The notes under the pieces were generated by a model. The model made no database searches, was not told the DNA's origin, and worked only from the letters and a program-made list of their open reading frames with translations. Below are positions 26,301 through 33,576 of a stretch of DNA of 37,122 nt, piece by piece; the stretch's first letter is position 1; every line of letters starts with the position of its first letter. A program made the translations under genes and the position numbers. Source of the DNA: a virus (lineage: Duplodnaviria > Caudoviricetes). The stretch is taken from positions 1 to 37,122 of the IMG/VR virus record IMGVR_UViG_3300005611_000086; one strand, given 5' to 3'.

Positions 26301-28766
26301 AACACTATCCTCCTCAACAACTGCATCAATAGGTATAGCTGACTGTTTCGCAGTAGTTACTTCTGTGCGTGATGTCGGGGTCTGTGTGACTGTGGTTACA
26401 GGAGCGCGATCAGCAACACTGCCAGCACCAATCCCACTGAATATAGCACCAACATTATTAAAGCCATTGTCAACATGTGCCCCTACTATGGACCTAAAGA
26501 AATCACCTATCCGCTTGAACAAAGGTCTGGATGTTCCAACATTTTTTAATCTGCCAGCAGTGTAGTCACGATACATTTCTGCAATCGCTTCCTCTTCAAC
26601 AGCAGATAGCCTACCTTTGTCTCCCTTCCGACCGACAAGCTCACCGTTAAGCCTACCAGCGCGGTCCAAGTAAGAGTAAGATCTCTTCTTTCCTTCTCGA
26701 TTTATAAACTTTGTTTTCTTGGCAGCTTTCTTTAGAAGGTTTATTTCCTTGGGCGTGAAGACATTCATATCCACAAGTGCATGAACTGCCTCATGGTTCA
26801 TCACCTCAGCAACGCTGTTAGTGTAATCAGCGTCAGACAGTGAAGGATCGTATACACCAAGAGCCAAGGTAATTGCTTTCTCCTCGCTCATTGGATCGAA
26901 CTGACCCTCGACCAAACTATCTTGACTGCCAATAACCTTCTGGCCCTTGAGGCCAACACGCTTGAGACCCATCTTATCAAGACGTTCTCTAAGGTTATTA
27001 ATCACAGCCTCTTCACGCTGTGTATACTCAGGCTTCTTCTCGACTTGCTCTTTGCTAAGGCCATCGAAGATGGCTCTGGTTTCGCCTCTCTTCTCAGCCG
27101 CCTGAAGCTGTGGGCCTATCTCTGCCCTCAACTGCTCAGGGGTAACTCTACCGGGTATAGCTGAGATTCTCGTAGCAGCTTGAACTTTATATTCATCTGG
27201 CAAGGCAACCAACTTCTGTTGGTTCGATTCGAGCCTATCATTTAATTTGTTCAATTGAACTTTTTTACTATCAAGTTTTGCCTTTACCTCTTCAGGCTTT
27301 ACAGCGTTCCCCTTTGTATCTTTCCCCATCTGGGTTGCATACCTGAAATCCAATTCAAGCACTGGTATTTCTTTGGCGAGTTCGCTTGCTTTTTTTGCGG
27401 CAGTATTGCTGTCACGTCTGATTGCGTTAAGCTTGTTCTCTGCCATCTTTGATGGGGGGGTTACTGTATACTTATCAACCTTCTTTCCTCTTGGAGTTAT
27501 AGATATAACCCCTTGTGACGCGAGAGAATCTCTCGCTTGCTTGATCAATTTATCTGTCTGCTTCTGAGTTTCACCTGAGAGACCAGCTTTTTGTAGGGCA
27601 ATCCTAGCCTTTGGAAATCTTAGCTCACCCTCAACGCGCATAGATGAAAGCAATATATCAGCCGCACGATTAACAACTTGATCTTCTGGAGTGGCTGTCG
27701 GTGCTGGTAATGCTAACTGAACCTGTGGCTCAGGGGCTGATAGTATTTCATCAACCTCTTTAACCTCTTGCTCTGTTTGTTCCAGTCCATATGCAAGCCT
27801 TGTTCTTGCCACCTCTCCCAGCTTGGTTAGGTCTTCATCCAGTTCCTTGGATACTTTATCGGTATCAACGGTGGGAGATACCAAGCCAGCAGCAGAACCT
27901 ATTGCTCCACCGACTACTGCTCCAGAAACAAATGCTTCTTCGTATTCTTTTAAGGCATCTTCATTAAACAATTCTTGTCCAGCTTGTGCCCTGTTTACCA
28001 TGCTTTGAGAAACTTCTTGAAGACCCTCAAGCCCACCAGCTTGCCCACCTTCCATCAAAACTTTTCTGGCACGGCCCGCATCAACTGGCTTAATAAACTT
28101 ACCAATCACAAAGTAATCAATTAAGAACTCAGAGGCTGCATTGATGGCAGTTGCCCCACCCGCTCTTAGAATGCTGGTATCCATACCAGCTTCCTCTTGT
28201 TTATTAATTGCTTCAGCAAACATCTGAGGCAACGCTTTGACTGTTGTGTATCCAACACCCGCCGCCCTAGTAATACCTGCTCCTAATGGGCCAAATGGAA
28301 GACCAACTGCCGTGGCTCCAGCTTGTATGGCCGTATCCTTAGCCTCGCTACCCAACGCCTCACCAGCAAAGCTTGCTGCTGATGACAGATCATTTACATC
28401 GTCATATCTTACAGATGGATCTTCAGCTTCAAGTCTTCTTAACTCTGCCAGTGCATTTCTTTGCTGCTCTTGTGCTGCCTCAGAATCCAAGCCAAACATT
28501 TTGCCAACAAATGTATCTGCAAGAACCTCTTTTGTTTTACCTTGAGCAAGTTGATTTTCATAAGGCTCTCTTTCAAGACCCCGCATGAAGGCAGTTTTAT
28601 CTTCCTCTTCTGGCTCAGGTGGTTGAACTGCAACAGGTGCTTGTTGACGCTTCGATAGAAGGAAGTCGTTTATCTGTTGCTGTTCATTCTCAGTGGGTTC
28701 TGTTCCAGAGATATTTACTGAGTAGTCAATTCCTGTCTGAGGATCTTTGACAAATATTACAGACAT
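20316..28766 (-). CDS. Giant polyvalent (probably virion-ejected) protein, 2816 aa: zincin peptidase, RelA/SpoT-like, HhH/Ogg2-like glycosylase, PBECR-like nuclease, LPD38
   Basis: HEAVH (aa 658) + EEEAIAE; IRDSYRF/GWR/LVEWY/GHLIFEEWR; LGWYD/GPKIGNGFYQNL.G/TMDRW/QALMWY; GGGLYHI...H...VKTFF; C-terminal YLFYNASLQG/IPMPYG. It is the last gene of the late operon. Confidence 0.85.
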   Translation of the reverse strand: MSVIFVKDPQTGIDYSVNISGTEPTENEQQQINDFLLSKRQQAPVAVQPPEPEEEDKTAFMRGLEREPYENQLAQGKTKEVLADTFVGKMFGLDSEAAQEQQRNALAELRRLEAEDPSVRYDDVNDLSSAASFAGEALGSEAKDTAIQAGATAVGLPFGPLGAGITRAAGVGYTTVKALPQMFAEAINKQEEAGMDTSILRAGGATAINAASEFLIDYFVIGKFIKPVDAGRARKVLMEGGQAGGLEGLQEVSQSMVNRAQAGQELFNEDALKEYEEAFVSGAVVGGAIGSAAGLVSPTVDTDKVSKELDEDLTKLGEVARTRLAYGLEQTEQEVKEVDEILSAPEPQVQLALPAPTATPEDQVVNRAADILLSSMRVEGELRFPKARIALQKAGLSGETQKQTDKLIKQARDSLASQGVISITPRGKKVDKYTVTPPSKMAENKLNAIRRDSNTAAKKASELAKEIPVLELDFRYATQMGKDTKGNAVKPEEVKAKLDSKKVQLNKLNDRLESNQQKLVALPDEYKVQAATRISAIPGRVTPEQLRAEIGPQLQAAEKRGETRAIFDGLSKEQVEKKPEYTQREEAVINNLRERLDKMGLKRVGLKGQKVIGSQDSLVEGQFDPMSEEKAITLALGVYDPSLSDADYTNSVAEVMNHEAVHALVDMNVFTPKEINLLKKAAKKTKFINREGKKRSYSYLDRAGRLNGELVGRKGDKGRLSAVEEEAIAEMYRDYTAGRLKNVGTSRPLFKRIGDFFRSIVGAHVDNGFNNVGAIFSGIGAGSVADRAPVTTVTQTPTSRTEVTTAKQSAIPIDAVVEEDSVAPENIRMPINTNAPNDQIRAEIEKLTKENVPLVKRLIKRIDEKFGTKSGDNIKDLSKVTQKASRPSILANKPWHDASHIRDSYRFKTVIDDFRDVPAIFDELLKEGISLVKIDTNKLFEPKEWGWRIIAFDIRMPNGQLVEWYLPLRELEVEKKARGHLIFEEWRNKTQQELQDQQAEYFASIAKSYRNYDAAFQAALDRTGISRQEAESSWRSAESSMLEAARNARRSSAVGISSPTKVPTGLIDPSSVRTDDVPSDLNITAREVPSSTRAKASSAIDITPSTETSIISDQIESTFGDIDTEALGIKRSMVPLTPAQRDASILDYLNPKTGQPQFKKKEGSETLVSFAEKLLGLRNVPPLDIINSERDKQDAARIMAAEAEAALISGSDALGWYDSTLKLAKRILFPVYPEVSPERPDGSPNSEYDPAAEHAFDFATAITSNGLSVIDNYRFASEQYDAWKASDDGTFPVKGSGAQGGSMLSAFEFWNTLSRKGMSSNDIEALLTMQMPKKDLNTTMLNVLGANRVKDLPKEFQASGAEEADTMVSVAYILGPKIGNGFYQNLRGNYDPLTMDRWWMRFANRITGNPTVKYADELIEQNLDKVWNFITEVDQPLTDMDRNILFEAQRKLNISTMDKTDIPLIAPVIGKIWNKDYYTKAYKDTVEDLLTSGQYEFSLNKSKTPVGRDAATVKELAAASRPSKTDFLRAAETYQKKLIPTLQEDPRSAQDRTAMREVANRARQILKDEAGVDITNADFQALMWYAEKRLFEAGGVRKGRGDDNDYADGALNILKNKGIGDDKIKNSLPAAERGRLAGVISQREGDGSGSGSVDAVKPTIAEGDFFAPRKLALEAAPFITEADVDLSTMEGVESSNELPPQKLSQIPIDPYKAIRTPVKRTGTLTDIIYGGIQETDGEVIPVLLTEGSNDQFDNGGGLYHIQQRLHDKELIENSGYKRVEKAIYDTLHRWKSQGYQDGESVVAYPSGGNLVLEWFDNRMAKSPPLRLVLERGKRNSGKGPYYVKTFFPVMDKKDRKKIRNSQIKLSALNTVSGTGLDAMQADRVTRYTDIADWVGKALRLVPFTDKTKAQKRADLFIQKAQDSFIPVGRMIKELKEINPQYKIADSMDPYLKQQLSEGIAGSKITERKETIYKAATDAVKNMNITEQQVEQLKALSNANSGGGKGLAEFTFEGTKSKALSAVDTYLYAKHAKERNAYIRTVDPTNDAGSGMTDAEADAILNWFDSLDPQNKIALRQAEDAVRAIVDDTNAVRVAAGLQSSDMNIGDMEDSNFDFYVPLKGHFEVDQEGVYGSGKPSRYGAMGREDQRALGRRSYGRDILASTILQNTNSIVRGERNKVGKSMLDLIRSNPQGMSGYAEILDQPPSARVMQNGAVVIKPTRTYRDDPSIAIVKEDGKEKVLQFYDNNLAGAFNGENIWDAGNAATITRGLAKVNRYLSNINTSWNPEFFISNFIRDVQAAGIQVSEFEMDGLRKDTIRNVLKAAKGLKRSILNKDDSSDWAKKYKEFRAYGGASAANPMTTLQDQISDLQSTLSDISDASGKLGLMKAKGRKLLEFMDNSNLVVENAIRVSTYDALVSRGVTKERAAQAARSVTVDFGKGGDNKAFLNSLYLFYNASLQGSFFLLRSLARSKKVRNIMGGVIAVGFTQDIINSMMSDEDEDGVKQYDKIPDYILEHNMVFMLPDVMDPFGRGYVSIPMPYGMNAFHNVGRNFAKMAQGRSDPSEIGASIGRTTLEIFNPLGGTESFLNFAAPTVFDPFISLYGTNTDFSGRDIVKKAFPNQVASQSSLYWNNTSPTAVGITQALNELTGGTETLSGWIDWSPNSLEFWFDYITGGAGRFVQRTAEAPARIAAAESAEDIATEIPFMRRVLRSVSSRDDVSQYIEVRDQVNRATAEYKKAAERGDVDRINSAISRFEAELRIAPQIRKIESARRKISQQITAVNDSRLPQDEKDRIVKQLVEQRKLITRQGILIAQGI
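23753..23905 (-). CDS. Candidate nested (+1 frame) gene inside the giant ORF, 50 aa
   Basis: MTKSKIHSPQQSEEDSLVSSLNEKEMDQVAEALMRLSQRLQRETSSPLEN*; AAAGG 8 nt upstream; amphipathic acidic helix; sits in the linker right after the glycosylase-like domain. Confidence 0.5.
   Translation of the reverse strand: MTKSKIHSPQQSEEDSLVSSLNEKEMDQVAEALMRLSQRLQRETSSPLEN
25468..25686 (+). CDS. Candidate antisense nested gene inside the giant ORF, 72 aa (putative antitoxin of the RelA/SpoT-like domain)
   Basis: SD AAGGAG (25454-25459) 8 nt before the ATG; extended -10 TGATATGAT (25431-25439); product MAEEAFALVEDGTSRAVIFKSDGTSSVRTLDGSIKPVGTLVGEEIPTADDLRAFRAASSMELSALLQEDSAS. Confidence 0.6.
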   Translation: MAEEAFALVEDGTSRAVIFKSDGTSSVRTLDGSIKPVGTLVGEEIPTADDLRAFRAASSMELSALLQEDSAS

Positions 28767-28788
28767 AGTATTTCCTCATTGATCAAGA

Positions 28789-31140
28789 CTACGGATTAAC
28801 TGTTTGTACGTTAGCTAGTTGCGGGTTGGCTATACCTAAAAACTTATTCCTCTGACTCTTCTTATTTGCCAACTGACGCTCAAGAAGAGCCTTTGCTTCA
28901 TCTGTCATATCATCTGTCATTAATCCTGTAACAGGATTTGCTTGTTTTCCTGATGCTAACTGTGCTTCTATTTTCTCTATTTGATCTTCCAGTTCAGAAG
29001 CTCTGTCAAAGTAACCAGCCTTCTCTGTTCCTGTCATCGCCTTTGGTCTGTTGGCTTTAGCTAAAGCTGCCTCTCTGGAAAGACGTGAGCTTCTTGCCTT
29101 CTCTTCCAGACCCATCAAGCCAAGGATATCTGCATCGTATTGGCTTTTAGCTTTCTTCAATGCACCCACGCCAGCAAGACCAGCTTCACCTATAGCACCG
29201 CCAAGTGTTGGGTTCTTAGACGCCATCAATGCCAGACCAGCTTGTGCCAAGGCCATGTACTTGTCTGTCTCTCTGTCCTTCTCTCTGTCTGAAAGCATCT
29301 GCGCTATGCGAGCTTCCAGTCCTGTAGCTGCACCACCAGTGGGAACAATGCCACCACCGCCACCGCCGCCATCTATTGTAGGAGCAGTGACAACATTTCT
29401 CGCAGAAACATCCTGCGCTAATGCTGATGCAATACCTTGCTCCAATGCAGGATCACCACCGCCTAAAGTCGGTGTGCCTGTTGACGCTGCCATATCGACT
29501 ACAGAATCATCAAGCTGTAATGCCTCTGGGTCTGGAGAAAAACCTGTTGGAGTTAATTTGGGAGGTTGATCTGGACTATCTGACGAAACTACATCTCTAT
29601 TTAAAATATTGCCAAGGCTAAGGTTACCGTCCTTAAATGCTTGATCAACAAAATCTGGAGTCTTAAGTCCACTAATATTAAGAGAAGCTGGAACAAAAGG
29701 ACTGTCTGGATCTACAAGATTAGTATTTGGATCCACTGTTCTATAGCCAATTGGCATCGTGCCTACAGGAGACTGTGCGAAGTCTGCGCCTTGCCTCTGA
29801 GCAACGTCTATTGCTTGCATGGCTTCGCCGCCACTAACCCCAACCAGCTTTCCACCAGCAACTTTAAACATATTGCCAGCATCGTTTACCAAATACTCTG
29901 TGCCGCCACTGACTACTGGGCTAAGGCCTAGCTCTGATATGCCTCTTTGACGGGCAGCTTCATCTGCCGCTTGGGCTTGTTCTAAGTCTGGGAAGAAACC
30001 ACTTGCTGTTGTTTCTGGTCCAGTAACATCAGGCATTCTGTAGGTGTCATCAGTAACAGGCTGAGATAAAACATCTACAGGCAGAGATCCACCCGGCCTA
30101 CCGCCCCTCATCTCTTGACTTTTAAAGAACGCATCAAGATCTTTTTTGCTTGTGCCTCCCCCAGTTAAATCCAGATCAACTCCTAATGCACTCAAGCTCT
30201 GCTGAGGTGTGGACTCCAGACCCTGCTCATAAGTTGATTCTCTGAACATAGGACTGGCAGTTTCACTATATATTGGTTCTAAAGATCTAGGCCTTGTAGG
30301 CAGTTGCTCAGATGCAGGTATTACCTCTGGACCTGCATCTCTATTCTCTGATGTAATTCTTTGAGGTACACCAAAAGGATCTACTCCCGCATCAGCAGCC
30401 GATAGAAAGGTAACCCCTTGTCCATCTAGATCGGGGCTAAAGGTAGGTTGCGCGGGAGATTCAACAATAGCAGGTCTCTCACCACCCATGCCTAAATCAG
30501 ATGGTGTTGCTGGGCGAATGTCAGTAACTTCAGTTGATAGTGGGCTAAATGGTCTATCTGAACTTATTGTGGAATCAAGAGAGGGGCGTTTTGGAGCAGC
30601 TTCTCTTAGTACCTCTGATCCTAAAGGTGTAGCAGATTCATCTTCAACCTTTGGCGGTGTTTCCAGAGAAGCCTTAACTGCTTCAGCAACCTCATCACTG
30701 ACGGGCCTACCAAGGGCATCTTGTACATCACCATTAGCCAATAAGAAGTAACCCACTCCATTGTATACTACTGGAGTACGACCACCCCTAGCCATACGCA
30801 CGATACCACCCTCAGCCATACGCTGTGGTGCCCGTGTCGCTGCCGCTGGCATTATCTCATTCATACCAGTGTTTTGTGCAATAGAACTTTTTGGAGCCAT
30901 AGCTCTGGCAGCATCAGCAATACCACCTTGTGGCATACCCGCAGCCATCACTACCTCTTCAGCTACAGTGGGCATATCTTGTGCCTCTCTGCGCTTGAAC
31001 TCATCACGCATACGCTGACGCCGCTTTAGCTCCGCTGTGATAAACACAGGCGGTGCCATCCCTGTGGGCATTTGCATTTCTTTTACTAGAGCCTGATCAG
31101 GTAGGTCTTTAAGGGCTTCAGTCTGCTCTAAGATGTTCAT
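28789..31140 (-). CDS. Putative internal virion/ejection protein
   Basis: 783 aa; N-terminal LKDLPDQAL..EM..P.G..P...ELKRR..MR, MAEGGIV motif, low-complexity middle, ALAQAGLALMASKNP...IGEAGLAGV typical of podoviral ejection proteins. Confidence 0.7.
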   Translation of the reverse strand: MNILEQTEALKDLPDQALVKEMQMPTGMAPPVFITAELKRRQRMRDEFKRREAQDMPTVAEEVVMAAGMPQGGIADAARAMAPKSSIAQNTGMNEIMPAAATRAPQRMAEGGIVRMARGGRTPVVYNGVGYFLLANGDVQDALGRPVSDEVAEAVKASLETPPKVEDESATPLGSEVLREAAPKRPSLDSTISSDRPFSPLSTEVTDIRPATPSDLGMGGERPAIVESPAQPTFSPDLDGQGVTFLSAADAGVDPFGVPQRITSENRDAGPEVIPASEQLPTRPRSLEPIYSETASPMFRESTYEQGLESTPQQSLSALGVDLDLTGGGTSKKDLDAFFKSQEMRGGRPGGSLPVDVLSQPVTDDTYRMPDVTGPETTASGFFPDLEQAQAADEAARQRGISELGLSPVVSGGTEYLVNDAGNMFKVAGGKLVGVSGGEAMQAIDVAQRQGADFAQSPVGTMPIGYRTVDPNTNLVDPDSPFVPASLNISGLKTPDFVDQAFKDGNLSLGNILNRDVVSSDSPDQPPKLTPTGFSPDPEALQLDDSVVDMAASTGTPTLGGGDPALEQGIASALAQDVSARNVVTAPTIDGGGGGGGIVPTGGAATGLEARIAQMLSDREKDRETDKYMALAQAGLALMASKNPTLGGAIGEAGLAGVGALKKAKSQYDADILGLMGLEEKARSSRLSREAALAKANRPKAMTGTEKAGYFDRASELEDQIEKIEAQLASGKQANPVTGLMTDDMTDEAKALLERQLANKKSQRNKFLGIANPQLANVQTVNP

Positions 31141-33158
31141 CCTGTTAATCCTCTATACAGGCCCAATCCAGATATACCTGCCCCCAAGGCTTGCTGTATT
31201 GGATTATATGCTTGATAGGTAGCCGTGCTGATATCAGGTTGTATAGGCATACCGCTAAGTAAACCAGCAAACCTTTCATACTGACGCATTGGGTAGTCTT
31301 GCTGACGCAAGAAGTCCTGATATGCAAGGTCAAGTCTTGCCTGATCCTCACCCCTAATGTCACGACCAATGGTCTCAAGCAACTGGGCACCCTGTATGTC
31401 TGCTGCCCTTGCTCTCTCACCGTAGTCCACAAGCCCTCTACCAGCCCCTAGAGCGGCCTGATACGCAGCTAGGCCCTGACCCGCACCAAACTGTCTTGAC
31501 GCCTCTCTAGCAGACTGTACACGCGCTCTCTCAGCGGCCTCTGCTGCCTGTATCCTAGCAGCCTCATCAAGGCTTATACCCTGAACGCGAGCAAGCTCTG
31601 CTGCCTCTGCTTGCTGCACACGCGCAGCCTCGTCAAGACTAATGCCCTGTGTTCTGGCTAGCTCTGATGCCCGTGCATTTTGAACTCTTGCGTCTTCTGA
31701 TATATCAATACCCTGCACACGCGCTCTTTCAGCAGCTTCTGATGCTTGTATTCTAGCCGCCTCATCCAAGCTAATCCCCTGCGTCCTAGCAAGTTCAGCC
31801 GCTTCCGACCTTTGCACCCTAGCTGCCTCATCAATACTGATGCCTTGCGTTCTGGCAAGTTCTTGCGCTCTTGCGTTCTGGACCCTAGCCTCTTCACCAA
31901 CGTCAATGCCTTGAACTCTGGCTCTCTCTGCTGCTTGCTGCCCTTGTATCCTTGCAGCTTCATCAAGACTGATGCCTTGGGTGCGAGCAAGTTCTGCTGC
32001 TTCTGCCTGTTGAACGCGGGATGCCTCAGCGATATCAATTCCCTGTGTTCTAGCAAGTTCAGCAGCCCTAGCATTCTGCACTCTGCCAGCCTCACCAGCA
32101 CGACCAGCTTCCATTCTTCCGATTTCGCTAATGCCAATGCCCTGAGTTCTCCCAAGCTCTGCTGCACGGCGAGCATCAACTTCCATCTGTGCTGCTCTGT
32201 CAGCTTCAAAGGACTTCATCGCTTGCTGGAATGCTGCTTGACTTCCAGCCGCTTGGATATCACCAAGCTGTTCTTGCAAACCCTCTTCTGCCATGCCTTG
32301 CTGTATGGCCTGACGGGAGCCACCAAATGCGCCAGCGCTTATTGCCCCCGCATCTCGCGCTGCTTGGCTTCTGCCAAAGTCTTCACGGGCCTCACGCTTC
32401 TGAACATCCACAACATTCTGCATGTATGGGTCCATATACTGTTGCACTTCAGCGCCAGTAAACTGACGGGCTGGATCAAAGTCGTATTGGTCAGCGGTCT
32501 GTGCTGTAAATTCAGCTTCTCTAAAATCGCTAAATGGATCTGCTCTACCTGCCCTAAAGCCAGCGTATGGATCTGCTGCACCAGCTTCAAAGCCTGTATA
32601 CTCAATACCCCTGCCAGCTTTAAAATCTGAAAAAGGATCAGCAACGCCAGCTTGGAACCCCGCGTATGGATCTGCCCTACCAGCTTGAAAACCTGTGTAC
32701 TCAGTGCCTCTACCCGCTCTAAAATCAGCGAATGGATCTGCGGAACCTGCGCGGAATCCAGCATATGGGTCAGCCCTGCCCGCTTGGAACCCTGTATATT
32801 CGTCAAATGCACCTGTATTGTAGTTAGCTAATCCCTCAAGGCCCGCAATCCCTCTGCGCTGTAGGGCAACTGCCTCATCAAGACCCCCAATAGGTGTTTC
32901 AGCAATGCCACGAACCATAGCGCGGGATGTATTGATATCACCGTAGTCCTCAGACCCAGCTATACGCTCACCGCCATACGGCACATATGTAGACTCACCC
33001 GCAAGATCCCCGTATGTATCAGGGTCATCAGGATAGAAAGGTTGTGTCGCCTCTTCCGCACCCTTTAGGAGTCTACGAAAGTACGGGTCTGCATATTCTG
33101 GCAGACTTACTGTTCTTGTGGTGCCGCCAGACTGTACCTGCTGTGATCCCTTGCCCAT
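31137..33158 (-). CDS. Putative internal virion (pilot/ejection) protein with tandem repeats
   Basis: LPEYADPY, YMDPYMQNVVD, AGAFGGSRQ, QARLDLAYQDFLRQQDYP motifs; 11-aa and 22-aa repeat arrays. Confidence 0.75.
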   Translation of the reverse strand: MGKGSQQVQSGGTTRTVSLPEYADPYFRRLLKGAEEATQPFYPDDPDTYGDLAGESTYVPYGGERIAGSEDYGDINTSRAMVRGIAETPIGGLDEAVALQRRGIAGLEGLANYNTGAFDEYTGFQAGRADPYAGFRAGSADPFADFRAGRGTEYTGFQAGRADPYAGFQAGVADPFSDFKAGRGIEYTGFEAGAADPYAGFRAGRADPFSDFREAEFTAQTADQYDFDPARQFTGAEVQQYMDPYMQNVVDVQKREAREDFGRSQAARDAGAISAGAFGGSRQAIQQGMAEEGLQEQLGDIQAAGSQAAFQQAMKSFEADRAAQMEVDARRAAELGRTQGIGISEIGRMEAGRAGEAGRVQNARAAELARTQGIDIAEASRVQQAEAAELARTQGISLDEAARIQGQQAAERARVQGIDVGEEARVQNARAQELARTQGISIDEAARVQRSEAAELARTQGISLDEAARIQASEAAERARVQGIDISEDARVQNARASELARTQGISLDEAARVQQAEAAELARVQGISLDEAARIQAAEAAERARVQSAREASRQFGAGQGLAAYQAALGAGRGLVDYGERARAADIQGAQLLETIGRDIRGEDQARLDLAYQDFLRQQDYPMRQYERFAGLLSGMPIQPDISTATYQAYNPIQQALGAGISGLGLYRGLTG
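31510..32165 (-). repeat. 66-bp/22-aa degenerate tandem repeat (about 9-10 units)
   Basis: AAELARTQGISLDEAARVQ-type units in the translation. Confidence 0.85.
32510..32810 (-). repeat. 33-bp/11-aa degenerate tandem repeat (about 9 units)
   Basis: AGRADPYAGF(Q/R), AGRG.EYTGF and AG.ADPFSDF units. Confidence 0.85.
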
Positions 33159-33159
33159 C

Positions 33160-33576
33160 CTATAACTCCATGCGGTATGCTATATACTCTGAATAAAAGC
33201 CGTTCCCCCGTAAAGCTCTTTCCCAACCTTTTCTGCCATAACCTTCTAAGTGTTGACAGTCATTTTCTTTTGCGAACCGACCTATTGTTTCAATAACAGT
33301 GTCTTTCCACTTGTGTAGTTTAGTGCCACCAACAAAATCAAGAACCATAGCTTTCCTTCTAGGGTATGTTGCTATCCTTGTTGTTATCGCAGCGACCATA
33401 TTATCCTCTTCGTCAAGAACTACCCAAAGAACGTATATGTCTCTAAGGATTCCATCTAAAACATCTAAGATGTTTATCTTCCCCCTAGATGTATCCTCAA
33501 CGCTCTTCTTCAGTAACTTTTCAACATCCTTCCAAACATGCTTTACAGCCTCTTTAGGAACTGTGCTAACTCTCAA
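33160..33576 (-). CDS. Conserved virion-module protein, GNAT-like fold
   Basis: LWV...AAITT....YP......FVGG.....W......FAKENDC...EGYGRKGWER. Confidence 0.7.
   Translation of the reverse strand: MRVSTVPKEAVKHVWKDVEKLLKKSVEDTSRGKINILDVLDGILRDIYVLWVVLDEEDNMVAAITTRIATYPRRKAMVLDFVGGTKLHKWKDTVIETIGRFAKENDCQHLEGYGRKGWERALRGNGFYSEYIAYRMEL

Noticed and set aside
24628-28658. Other antisense ORFs within the giant gene (24628, 24952, 26257, 27823, 28237 and others)
   Set aside because: They have the Ser/Ala/Pro-rich shadow composition, overlap conserved sense-strand domains and show no clear SD, unlike the 25468 ORF.
31658-32812. Long alternative-frame ORFs over the repeat region (294 aa plus strand; 183 and 157 aa minus strand)
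   Set aside because: Open frames are explained by the tandem repeats lacking stops; the translations are not protein-like.
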